A DNA stretch of 64,000 nt from Camelus ferus (taxonomy: Eukaryota): NCBI RefSeq assembly GCF_009834535.1, contig NC_045697.1:87360001-87424000 (forward strand), read 5' to 3'. Position numbers and translations under genes: made by a program. This document shows positions 46,698 to 59,079 of this stretch, one piece after another; the first letter of the stretch is position 1; every line of letters begins with the position of its first letter. Under the pieces are notes generated by a model, which was not told where the DNA came from, did not search any database, and saw only the letters and a list, made by a program, of their open reading frames with translations.

Positions 46698-48465
46698 CTT
46701 AAGTGTATATTTAACTTTATAAGGAACTGCCAAACCTTTCCAAAATGCTACATCATTTTTGCATTCCCACCAGCAAGAAATGAGAATGAGTGTCTCCTAT
46801 CCTTTCAGAGGGCTTTCAACAGGGAAAGTAGGTGCTTGTGCTCAGTCTCCATCTTGATCTAACTTTCCATACCGGTTTTTAGCCTAGTCTTTTTCACCGG
46901 GTTTGTAAAAACTTATTTTTCCAGAGAACTCCCATCACTCCTCTATAGGAATGTAAGTTGCTTTAATTAATTATTTTTCTCATTCAGTTGAGACCACAAT
47001 ACAAGACAGTTTTTATGGAAGTCTGTCCTATTTGTGAAGAATTTCTGGAAGACCTTACCCAGAATACCCTTTTTTGTATTAGTTTTCATTTGTTCAGCAG
47101 GTCCAAAACATAGTGTTTTCTGACATCCACACCTGATTGACAGAGTTTAAATATTATCTTAACACATGCTGCTGATATTTTATAAAGGCATCCTCTGGAC
47201 TTTTGGGCAACATGTGCAAAACATTTGTACAACAGTGCAACGTGTTACTTGAAGGCACTATTTTTGTACCATAATAAAAGAACTAAGCATTTTTGTGCCT
47301 GATTCTTTGGACCTCTCCTTTTACAAACTCCCTTTCCAGAAACTACAGTTCTTTCTAAAACTTAAAAAGCTCAGCTTTTTCTTAGGCATTAATCTTATCA
47401 GGGAGATGCCTTGAAGTCACATCCTGGTACATGTGCAGACCCAGAAGGGCATCTGTCCTTTGCTCCTGGATGCGCTGCTGCTGCTTTTGTTTAATCTTTA
47501 AACTGCGCCATCCAGCAGCGTGCTCCGTCTTAGCGAGGTCCAGTGCCGAGAACAGTGGGCTCACATCAGCCACAGGGAAGGGCTCATCTCCTAGCAACTA
47601 TTACTAAGAGAGTGGTTAATTTTAAAAACTAGCAACCAGTGTGAAAATTAATTTGCCTATAATGGCTCAAAATTATCCATTTACTCTGCGGGAATCTCTG
47701 TCTTCCACTTTTAAATGGGTTTTGCTACTTTTTAAGTTTTATTTTCATATTCATTGCTAGGTGTTCACTTTCCTGGGTATGGTGAGTGAAAACTTAAAGG
47801 ATAATCAGGATTCTCTTTTTTGGTGGTTATTCTCTTTTAATTTTCCAGGTATTTTTTTCACAGAACTCAATAGCTGCCATCTGATTTTTTTAAAAATCTG
47901 GTTCAATCTCATGAAAATACTTGTAGTGCCAGGTGTTAGCTTTAAAAAGCTAAACAGCATAGTAAAAGAATTGTTACTAAAAAAGAAATCAGAGAATTAG
48001 GGTAAAAAGCAAACAATGTAAGAAGATGATTATAAATACAAATAGTTAATCCGTTTGCTATGTTTGAGCTTCCAATATGATCCAAAATTGCCTGCCAGAC
48101 TAGAAGAAAAAGTGAAAATATTATAGTATGAGATTCTTGGGATTTTTAGGAATTATAGGAAGTTCTCATGGAAGACAATTTTTGCCCGTGGCACTAAATT
48201 CTAAAAGACAATTCTTATACAGAGTTTTGTAGATGGAACTGAATTTTCAGAATGGACAGTATGCTCAAAAATAGGTAGAAAGAGTTCATGTGGTTATTCC
48301 TTGTAGCAAACTTCAATAGAAGCCAGAGATATAAAACTAAACCATACTTCGGTGAGGGGAACTGATTTTTTTCCCCAGGGAACTCACAAGGGCCTAAACT
48401 TTGTGGGCCAAGTCATAACCTTTCGGTGGTGTTATTCTTCCTTAACTCTCTAAACTGAAGCTGTG

Positions 48466-48644
48466 TGTTATGGGCTGAATTGTATTCCCCCCAAATTCAT
48501 ATGTTGAAGTCCTAGCCCCCAGTATAACTGCACTTGGAGACAGGGCCTATAAGGAGGCAATAAAAGTTAAGTGAAGTCATAACACTTAATCCAGTAGGAC
48601 TGGTGCCCTTGTATGAAGAGGAAGAGACACGAGAGCTCTCGCTC

Positions 48645-48682
<38 letters not shown>

Positions 48683-48879
48683 AGCACAGAGGAAGGGCCA
48701 TGTAGGACAGTGAAAAGGTGACCATGTACAAACCAGCAAGAGAGGTCTCACCAGAGACCAACTCTGCCAGTATCTTGACCTTGGACTTCAGTCTCCAGAA
48801 CTGTGAGAACATACATTTCTGTTGTTCAAGGCCCCCAGTCTGTGATGTTTTGTTATGTCAGCCCTAGCTGACTAATACA
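48466..48879 (+). mobile_element. MaLR solo LTR (MLT1B-like) containing a (TCTG)n(TC)n tract
   Basis: TGTTATGGGCTGAATTGTATTCCCCCCAAATTCATATGTTGAAGTCCTA ... TTGGACTTCAGTCTCCAGAACTGTGAGA ... GCCCTAGCTGACTAATACA. Confidence 0.9.
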
Positions 48880-49817
48880 GCATGGCTTCTGGATAGAAGA
48901 TAATCCTTCAAACATTACAACCAGGAGTCCTTGTGCAGGTACTTCAGTGACTTGGCAGCACGCGGAAGTGGGCAGTGGCTTTACAGCAAACATCCACCAG
49001 GCAGCTCCATAACTTTCATAAGAGCTTGTTGGCCCGACCAATGCCCCTGATTCCAAAGCAAATGAATTGCCTTCAGTTGGCAATGCATTGCTTACTGTAG
49101 GTTAGTTCTGACTCTAACTAGTTTATAGGCTCCTCACCAGTGGCTTTGGGCCATATATAACTAATCCTTATCTCGATAAACACTCTTCACTATTTAGCAG
49201 GAGAAGGGTTACTGAGCTGCAGAGTTTCTGCTTTGAAGTACTGAGATAATGAGTAATCTATTTTTCCTCCCATATTTTCATCAGTGTAAGTAGTTCGAGA
49301 GACCAAACGGCAGAAGGCAGGAAAAAGAAGCTCGTAGAAAAAAAAAGTTGTGACTTTGGTCTTCTGAATTCTCCTCTAATCTTTTGAATAGCAGGAAATA
49401 AGAATAAATAGTATACAATAAATCTCTTATGGTACATTTTTTAAATCTTATAATTTGCTGTGGCCTTTACTACTTCACATTGTAAATATAGGCAATGGGG
49501 TAAATTTTACCAGGTTCACCTAAAACAGAAAAATTTGAGTCCAAATATATACAAACCTAAAACTAAAATTGTGTTAAATCTGGCAAAATTTAGGCAAACT
49601 CAAGAATGCCAGGGGAAAAAATCTATGAAATGGACATGTTTTGAAACTTTAGATACGGCTTTATTAACTTTGTAGATGTCAGATATGGCTCTTTGCATAT
49701 TGTAGCTATTTTCAATGTGCAGGTTACAAATATTTGGTCTGATGGGTAAATCTGGAAGATCTAGGAATGGAAGATTATCCTCTAGATCTCCTAGTGGCCA
49801 AAGGCAAATCAATCAGC

Positions 49818-49895
49818 TGTCTGTCTATCCACCTACCTGTCCAGCCAGCCTCCATCTATCCATCCATCTACCTACCTATCTACCTATCTACCTAC
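49818..49895. repeat. Degenerate (TCTA/TCCA/CCTA)n tetranucleotide repeat
   Basis: CCATCTATCCATCCATCTACCTACCTATCTACCTATCTACCTAC, read directly. Confidence 0.85.
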
Positions 49896-52080
49896 ATGTG
49901 TTTTTATCTGCAAAATTCTGCTTCTCACTCTAAGAGCTTTGGGTTTATATATTTGTATTTGTAAGGTATATAAAATATCTTACAACTTAAGCTACAGCAT
50001 CGTGAACTAAATATACAGGAAACACAACAAAAGTTCTTCAAACTCTCTATGCTAGAAGCCAATTGTCAGTGAGATAATAGGGGGAAGAAAAGGAAATGGT
50101 GCTTAGATAAATCCCTAACATTAAGTATCAGGTCTTGATAGATTGCTAATAAGTTTTGTAGTTAATAGCAAAACACTAATATTTTTTAGGATGTTGTAAG
50201 TTATTTGGCTGCCCTGCACTGATTGGCTTAGTTTGATTTAACAGGTTTGTCAATGTCTCCCTAGGTGGATTCAAGCAGATGAAATGTAAACCAGAAAATA
50301 AGGATATGGTTGCCTTGCCTTCTGGAATGAGAGTAACAGGACTGGGTCATGCCAAAATCATGCCTCTTTTTCTAGACTCATTATAAGTTGTGAAGTGGCG
50401 TGATACAATGTGATTGTCTGGACAAGTATCCCCTTTGTTGTTCTCAAGGGGGTTATGTCCTGGATTTGTTCCTTTGCAAACTCTTTGCAGTTTACATAGC
50501 TGTAGAGACTTAACGCCTTGGCAGGGGCACAGGTTTTATCTCCTAGAATGGCAGGCAGTTAGTGTGTGTAGGAACTGCATTCTTTTTACCTTGTGTTAAT
50601 CTTGATGTTTTATCACATATTTCCTCTTTTAATCACATGACAAGAAAATATTTTGTATGCCCACTAGGTTTTCAGAAGGAGCAAACAAGGAAGAGAGCTC
50701 TTCTGGATTTCTCCTTTCCTCCTTGACCTTCCCTTCAACACATAGTTCCTCTTTTAAGAATGTGCAGTCATGGATTTGATTAAATTCTTCAAGTATCTGA
50801 GCGTTTGCTACTGAAAATACTAGGCCACGTGCTTTATGTTTACAGGTGAAGGATGGTAATATCACAAATCTTTCTGAAGACTGTGAAACATGTAAAGAGA
50901 GCACACGTGTTCTTGAAGATCTTTCTTGGTCACTTCCCATGGATACATTGTTGGTGCCACGACCGTCAGGACTTTGGTCAACAGCAGAATCAAAGCCTCC
51001 GTAAGGAGAAACTGTGGAAACCAGTGAAGTGTCAGTAAGTATTGCTGTCTTGACTGTGAGAGGTTTCTGTTTCGTAGCTACTTTGTCGATCACTTATATG
51101 ATCTGTCTTAGAGTCAAGATTTTCTTAATCTGGTTGACACTTCTTCAGAAAATCTAGTCAAGAAATTCAATAACCAATATAACCTGGGCCAAATAAACTA
51201 CTCGCCGCTTTGCAAGTAGTCTCACATACTTCTTCTGAATTCCTATTATATATGCAAGTTTAAAGCTTGATGATATTCTCTATGTAGTTAATTATCAAAA
51301 AATGTGTTTTAATAACTAGATTAGAAACTTTCAGTGCTTCAGTGATCTTTGATTGCACCATGAGGTTTAATACTTCTTGACTCAATGTTCTGAAGTACCT
51401 GGATTTCAGGCAGAGGTTGGCTTCTAACTTTCCAAACCACTTCTGTGGACCTGAAGAACAAACCCTTGAACACCTTTAATAATTCTTTGGACCAAAGCCA
51501 ATCCATTTTTCCCTGTGAAATACACCCTGAAAACCTTATTTTACTCACAGTCACTAATTATCTGGATGTTCAATACTCGGCAATTAGAAGTAGGATGAAC
51601 GATGATAAGAAGGGATTTTTTTGATGCAGAAAAATGAGAATAATGAGGAGTAACAACTGTTAATCAAAAGATGTCCTCTGGGCCTTGGAGTGAAAGGCTT
51701 AAGCAGTTTTAAGCACCAAAATTGTTCCTGAGAGTATCAGCATATTACAACAAAGCATGATATTTTATTTTCATAACAAGTGATCTTGAATTTTTTTTAA
51801 TGTTTACATTCCATCATAAAAATAACATATTTTAGATAAAATTCAAGATAAAAATCTTAATATTTGGAAGAGTCAATTACAGTTATTCAGAAAATTATCC
51901 TATATGTAGTAACTTACTTCAAGATATTGTTAATAAATGAGCAACTAAATTAATCAATTAGTTCAAAATAACATAAAATGATCTTTTCTTAGCTAAAATG
52001 ATCACTTCTCTGCTCCAATATCTAAGATGGCTTCTGTTTACATTGTGTATAGCATCAGGCTTACCATTTCCTGAGTTTGC

Positions 52081-52536
52081 TGTAGTGGTCACCCAATCAG
52101 ATGGCTACCTGGTTCACACCTACTCTCCCAGTGGCTGTCTCCATCCTCCCTCCTTAATTTGTGCTTTTATTGGGGGCTTTTCACTTCCCTAGCCACTGTG
52201 ATTGGTCCAGGGGATGGGCATGTGACCAAGGATAGTCCAATCAGAGTCTTTCAAACAGGACCAAAGAAGACCTCTTTTTTGTCCAGTTGTGAAGGCGTAA
52301 GAATGTGTGCCTGGAATCCCATTAGTCACATTCTCTATCAGTCAGAGAAATTACCATACAGAAATGACAGGCCAGATTAGAAGAACCTAACAGCACTGGA
52401 ATCCTTAGTTCCTGTTGTTCCTATGACCAGCTTCCAGCCTAGACCCTCTAGCAGTTTGCTTCTATAAGCCAATAAATTACCTGAGCTGCTTCATTTGTGA
52501 CTCCATTTCTTGCAGCCAAGAATCCTAGTTAATTCA
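52081..52536 (+). mobile_element. ERVL solo LTR (LTR16-like)
   Basis: GATTGGTCCAGGGGATGGGCATGTGACCAAGGATAGTCCAATCAGAGTC; AGCCAATAAATT; terminal TTCTTGCAGCCAAGAATCCTAGTTAATTCA. Confidence 0.7.
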
Positions 52537-52681
52537 TACCCTAAGTGTTAGGCAGTTTACATTATTTGTTGAATTTATAAACCTGGATTGTGGGGGTCAT
52601 TATCCCTGCTCCACAGTTGAGGAATTTAGGTCTCAAAGAGTAAGTACGTTGGCCATGTTGTGTGGCTAAGTGAAGAGCGTC

Positions 52682-52840
52682 TTTTTTTTTTTTTTTAATC
52701 TTTATTTTATTTATTAATTTTGGGAAGAGGGAAGTAATTAGGTTTATTTATTTATTTTTTTTTAATGGAGGTACTGGGGATTGAACCCAGGACCTTGTGC
52801 ATGCTAGGCATCTACTCTACCACTGAGTTGTACCCTCCCC
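52682..52840 (-). mobile_element. tRNA-Ala-derived camelid SINE (Vic-1-like)
   Basis: Reverse complement reads GGGGAGGGTACAACTCAGTGGTAGAGTAGATGCCTAGCATGCACAAGGTCCTGGGTTCAATCCCCAGTACCTCCATT(A)n..CCTAATTACTTCCC..poly(A). Confidence 0.9.
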
Positions 52841-52869
52841 AACCCTGCTTTTTAAAAAAATTTTTATCT

Positions 52870-53300
52870 TAATGCATTTTTTTTACTGTGGTAAAATATA
52901 CTTAATACAAAACTTACCATTTTAGCCATTTAAAATATACAATCAAGTGGCATTAGTTACATTCACATTTTTGTGTAATCACTGGTATCCATTTCTAGAA
53001 ATTTTTTGTCATTCCAAATGGAAACTTTATACTCTGCTATGAACGTGGATGTACAATATTCTATTCAAGTCCTTTCATTTCAATTATTTTGGATATATAC
53101 CAAGAAGTGGAATAGCTGGATCATGCGGTAATTCTGTTCAATTTTTTGAGGAACCACCATACTTTTTTCTATAGTGGTTGTACCATTTTACCTTCCCACC
53201 AATAGTACGTAAATGCTCCAATTTCTCCACATCCCCACTAACACTTCTAATTTTAAAAAATGTATCCATCTAATGGGTGCATTCTGGTTCTGATTTGCAG
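52870..53300 (-). mobile_element. L1 3' end (L1MA/MB-like)
   Basis: TTTTACTGTGGTAAAATATAC..GTGGCATTAGTTACATTCACA..GAAGTGGAATAGCTGGATCATGCGGTAATTCT..TTTGAGGAACCACCATAC. Confidence 0.85.
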
Positions 53301-56300
53301 TTGAAGTCCACAAGTTTCAAACAAGACACTTTTGGTGCCCTCCTTTCTAGCAGGCCCTCACTCTCTGAACTGTCATCATCTATTGTGTCTCTTCAGTTCA
53401 GAGCATCACAGCCAGTTGACCAGACTCAGATTTTGTCATTCCACCTTTAAACACCCTTGGCTGGAAAAGACCAATGTCTTCCTCACTCTGCCAAAGCATG
53501 TGTCTACCTTCTTTGAAATTCTGTTTGAAATTCATCCCACCATTAAAGTCTTCCCCAAAGGAACCTGGCCTAATCCCACTGTGTATTTTATTTCAGTATC
53601 CCTTAAGCACCGAGGAACAATTAATACTGAGCTTATTTATATATTCTTTAGCATGTTTTCCAAGTGGGTTTATCCCACCCACTTTTAGATTATAAGCTCC
53701 ATGAGGAAATGGATCCTGGGTAACTTCCTGTGGCAATCCCATTACACCTGCTGTTCCGAGACCAATGTGCAGTAGACATTTATTAAAGTTGCTGACCGCT
53801 ACCACCAACATTGTCATCATCATCTTCATCATTATTACTACTTATTTATGTACACTATGGTGTTTAAGTTTTCCTATGTTATTCTTCTTGAGAGGAAATC
53901 TTCATAAATATCTTTGTGTTATAATTTTTTATATGATTTTAATATTTTTTGCAATGTTTTTCTCATGCTTATGTGGATGTCAAAAAGGGAGTTCCAATTT
54001 TCTTATCTAGGTTTCTGTTTCCTACTTACATGAAACTTTTGCTGTAGACCAGTTTCTCAAAGTGTTCTCTTGGGGCAAAGGTTTAGTTGTCCTAGGAGAA
54101 GTAGACATTTAAATGCTCAATTTCCTATCCAACACTACCGCTGGTGTGGTAGGCAGACACATTCCATATCCCAGTTCTTGGACACAGCCATTTTCAAAAG
54201 ATGTTCACATTTAGAAATCTGAATGTCATCCTGAGGCCCACCCTGAACTGTCTCAGATCAGCTGGGCTGTTAGCTGGGCTGTACCCCTCCAAAAAAAAAA
54301 AAGTCCGAAAATGATTAGGCTTCCTGTCCTGTGGATTTTGAATTACTGTAATTAGGATCTCATGTTTGCAGCCACACAGCCAGCAGTGGTCTCTCAGCCT
54401 GGGCACTTTCTATTTCAGTTGGTAATTACTCAGTGGTTAAAAAAAAAGAATCACAGATGAGGGAATTGAGGACATAGTTTACTTGGTACTGACTCTTTTT
54501 GGGGGGTGGGGAAAATAGGGTACACTGTAATTCTAGCTTTCCTTAGACCAAGGCATCTAGGCTGAATGTAATAGGGCCCTTGACTTTCCCTGCACTCTTT
54601 CCTAGGTGCTTCAGTCAGAGCAGGGAGAGGACTACAGAAGGGAGAGGACTGGGAAGAGGGGCGGGAGTGTTAAAATAGGGGGAGGGAGAATTCAGTTGTC
54701 TTGGGAGGCCAGAGGAAGAAGTTTGAAAAACTGTACCATTAAGAAGGGCTTTGATGTTCTTTTAAAAATGACGTGTGTTGAGGTGTGTGTTTTAACTTAA
54801 GGTTAACTTCAAATAATAATAAAACACCAGTTGCTGGGTCATCTACTTAGTAGTTACCAAGAGGGTTTATTGATTGATGTGATGAGTTGAAAAGCAATGC
54901 ATTCTCTAGTTAGTGTTTGCCAGCAACTATCCTATTTGGAAAAAGATTTCTCCCCTTCTCTCTGCCTGTCTCTGTCTCTCTCTTTCTGATTTTTCCATGC
55001 CTGGGAAAGCTGGTTTTATATTATTAAGAAGTTTGAATTGCATAGCCCAGAGTCACTGGCCCCTTTAAAGGGGACTTTCTCTCTTGTCTTAAGAACAGAC
55101 CTCGAAAGGAGCCAGATGGTTCCCGTCTGCTGCCTTGAGTCAATGCACTTCCTCCCACAGACGGGAGCCCTTTTGCCCTCCTTCCTCCCCAGCGCCCCCC
55201 CCCTTCCCCACCCCCCACCTCTGGGCCTCTCTGTTTTGTCGCTAGAAATAATCTTTTATTGCCCAGTTGTTCGGAAGTGACCTTTTGCCCTTGATTAGAT
55301 AGCAGCAGGATCCATCGCCGGATTGCTTTTGAGCTGGCAGTTGCTTTTTTGTGTCGGCTGATCCGGTGTCAGGGAGAACAATGCGGGGCTTTGCAAAATT
55401 TTAGTACAGCTCAGGCCTGGAGTGGAATAGGTGGGGGCGGGAAGGTGGGGGTTATATAAAGCGGCCCCGCGGATCCTGCTTGCAAAAATATCTTTCCTCT
55501 GGTAAACTGGAAAACAAATGGTATATTTTTAAATTGGTTTGTACATATTTAACTCACTCCTGTTTAATAACCATGCCTTTCAGAGGAAGATTCCTTCAGG
55601 ATTTCACTTATAGTACTTAAGCATGTTAATATACTGTTAAAGTGACTTGAGGGTATAGTCTTACATTAGAATATTAATCAAACGTCCTATTGAATTTTTC
55701 AGAGAGAGTTTTCCAGAAGGTCCCAATTATTCTAAGTAACAAGTGTAATAAACCATGAAATAGAGAATGTGCTTAATCACTAAAAGCTAACTCATTTTTT
55801 ATTTTAAAAATTAGGGAAAATGTCCATGACTTTACTTGCTTCCTGGATTAAAGGAATTTGTGATTTTGTATCTTTCATAATAGTTCTCAAATTCTTTGGA
55901 TTTCAAATTGCCAGGAATATCTACTAGAATTAGTAGAGTGGGTGAGTTTAAAATTTTTGTTTTAAAACCTTCAGTTTCACTCTCGAGTTGAACATTCTGC
56001 TAAATAGGTATGGGAAACTTAGGGGATTCATTTTGAAGTTTACTAATATATTATTCATATCTGAAATCTTGAAGTTTCCTAGCCCTCAACGTGAGCGGGG
56101 AGAAATGTCTTCTCTTCCGCACTCCTACCTTCCTACAACCCAGGCAACTCTAAATTTTTATTGTAGGTGATTCTTAATGCTAATGGCCATACTGTTCTTA
56201 ACTCTTGGCCTGCCAGTGGTGGTGGCTTAAAATGAATGCCACCTCTCTGCTTTATTTCAGGTGGTCTGGTCCATTTCTTGTTTCAGAGATTTGTCGTGGT

Positions 56301-57781
56301 GGGTAATGATACCTGAGACATTACTGCAACTGTTTTCCAGTGTCAATGGAGAGATTATCTTTCTACACAGTGTGGAAATATGTACATCAGCCTTCACCAC
56401 AAAGGAAGTTAGAGATGTGAAGCGCAGAGTGAGTAAGTATTACCGGTTATAGATGAAGCAGCAGGAACTGGTTGTTAAAAGAGCAATGGATATTGTTGAT
56501 CACATTTTAGCAGACAGGATAAACAGTTTGCCAGAATAAGCTGCCATTTGGTGGATTTCCCTGGTTGAGCCTAGAAGTTGAGTGGGAATGACCAAGGGAA
56601 GATGGATGCTGAGATGTCGCTGAGGGAAATGAAAACAGGCCATTGACCTGTTTGTGGATTTCCTTTGGTTTCAACCATCGGTCTGTTAGCAGGGGCAGAC
56701 CTCTGAATATCTCTAGAGAGGTGATGGTAAGTCTGAGTGGTAGCATTTGAGTTTTTTTTAAAAGGCCAGTAGATGATTCCAAGTTCTTTTTCCACTTTTT
56801 TTTTTTTTCCCAAAGAAGGGCATCCTCAGCTCCAGTACTATTTTGAGAATTGGACAGACTGCGTGAGTGACAGGGGAGAATATTGGAAGGTTCCTCGAGG
56901 GCCTTTGAGTGAGTAGCAAAGGAAACGCTGAGTCTGTTCATCACTGTGGCTTGTAGAAGACAGACTGGGTCATAGTACTGCTTATCTAACTTTATTTTCT
57001 TTAAACCCCTTGTGTCTGAAATAAGGAAACTTCTCTTTTTATTTACTTAACGGAGATGTTGTAGAAACTAAGAGTTTCATAAATAGAATAGTAAATTCTT
57101 TATGAGAGGAATTTAGCTTACACAGGAACTTAAAAAAGACTAGAGAGGCTAGAATTCAGCAGACCAAGATCCTTCTGTTGATTATGTTTTGAGAAGACTA
57201 AAACCTTTCCCCTGACTCACACTACTGTTAAAATAGTGGGTGAGAGGTATATGATATTCCTGACAACCCCCACTGTAGCAACAGAGACGAAAACAAGCTA
57301 GCAAATGAAAAGGACTATGTGGTCATAGTATTCAAGCCAACAAATATTTATTAATTACCTCAATATTAGGACAGCAATGATATAAAAAGTTTAAATAGGT
57401 GGTAAAGCTGTAAATTATATTCTTTTGCTGCCATGCCCAGAAAGCTGACTTTCTGCACATTTAACATAGCGATGTCTACTTTTGACTTTTATAAGAAATG
57501 ACATATAAATGCAAAGATAAAATTATACTTTCACTGAAAAGTAACTTACTAGCAAATTATTAATCAGGTTAACCTTAAGGAGGGCATAAAAGCTTGGTAA
57601 TAAAGGCCACAGAGCATATTTGCTGATTATTATGTATATAATCACAAAAAAGTCTTTAAAGCAAGCCAAAGTAGATTCTTTTGATTAGGAAGAAAATTAA
57701 AACTCATTCTTAAAAAATTGAAAGTAGGAGCATGAATTAAAAATAAAAGCATGGTAAAATATCATATAGAAATGGCAGCCT

Positions 57782-58309
57782 TCATGACAGATGACTGGAT
57801 AAAGAAGTTGTGATATATTTATACAAAGGAATACTACTCAGCCTAAAAAATGATAAAATAATTCCATTTGCAACAACATGGATAGACCTGAAGATTGTCA
57901 ATCTAAGAGAAGTAAGCTGGAAAGAAAGAAATAAACCATATGATATCACTTATATGTGAAATCTAAAAAAAAACCCAAAGACAAACAAACTTATTTACAA
58001 AACAGAAACAGACCCACAGACAGAAAACAGACTTACGGTTACTGGGGCAGGAGGATGGGAAGAGATAAACTGGGAGTTTGAGATTTGTAGATACTGCCTA
58101 ATATATATAAAAAAGATAAACAACAAGTTCATGCTGTCTAGCACAGGAAACTATGTTCAATATCTTATAGTAATTTATGGTGAAAAATCATATGAAAATG
58201 AGTACATGTATGTTCATATATGACTGAAGCATTTATGCTGTACACCAGGAATTGACACAACATAGTAAACTGACAATACTTCAATAAAAATGTATATATA
58301 CAGGGCCAA
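57782..58309 (+). mobile_element. Lineage-specific L1 3' portion (about 520 bp) with TSD
   Basis: ORF2 end GGATAAAGAAGTTGTGATATATTTATAC..GGAATACTACTCAGCC; artiodactyl-type 3'UTR ending ACTTCAATAAAAA. Flanking AGAAATGGCAGCCT (57768-57781) and AGAAAGGGCAGCCT (58310-58323) are 13/14 identical. Confidence 0.9.
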
Positions 58310-59079
58310 AGAAAGGGCAGCCTGCAGCTAATTAACTGGATATTAGTTTTGTCAGGAAATAAAAAAAGCATTTGTTGGATTATTATATGCCAATATTTCC
58401 TAGTGTTTAATTTCACTTACACCACTCTACAAATTGAGTTTCACTCCCTTGGCTGAACTGGATGTCTGAAGTTCTTCTAAATCCTTTAGCTGTGCAGTTC
58501 TAGATTTCTCTGTCTTCACCCCTCTGACCTTGGTCTTAGTGACATCAGGGTCTCTGCCTCTTTATATAACTCAGCCCACACTTTCACAGGGGTCTTTCTT
58601 CAGTACTGTACTTTCTGTCACCCATTAAGGCTAATGACTTCCAAAGCCCTAATCCTTGTCCTCTTTCCTCTTCCTCTCCTATCACTCCTTTGTGGTCTTC
58701 AGAAATAAAGTTCATGACCATCTTAATTCAAATTGCCTTCAGCTTTCCTTCACCTCCTTGCCCTTCTAAGTGCCTTCTATCTAACTCTGAGGATAGTACT
58801 GCTCAGATATTCTACTGATGACTAAGAGAAAGCATCTTTAAACTTACATCCCCACATGAACCTGTTCTTTCTTACCACCATAATTGTTTATTGGGTGACT
58901 TTGCAAAGGGTATTAACTTGCTGGGTAGAGGTGGGGGAAAGAAAAACCAACACAAACTTGTTGGCTTATAGATAAAAATCCTCAAAAGATTGGAGAGGAC
59001 TTGATGGATGACGAAACCTAGGGAGAGAGAGAGAGATGTAGCTCCTTCGTGGAACTTGTTCCTCTCATTTAGAGGAAAG

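Noticed and set aside
49080..49091. Palindrome GCAATGCATTGC and similar short inverted repeats (e.g. 46239-46256)
   Set aside because: Lengths are within chance expectation for a window this size.
50629..51093. 154-aa minus-strand ORF
   Set aside because: Non-ATG start, no recognisable family, and no poly(A) tail or TSD to suggest a processed pseudogene.
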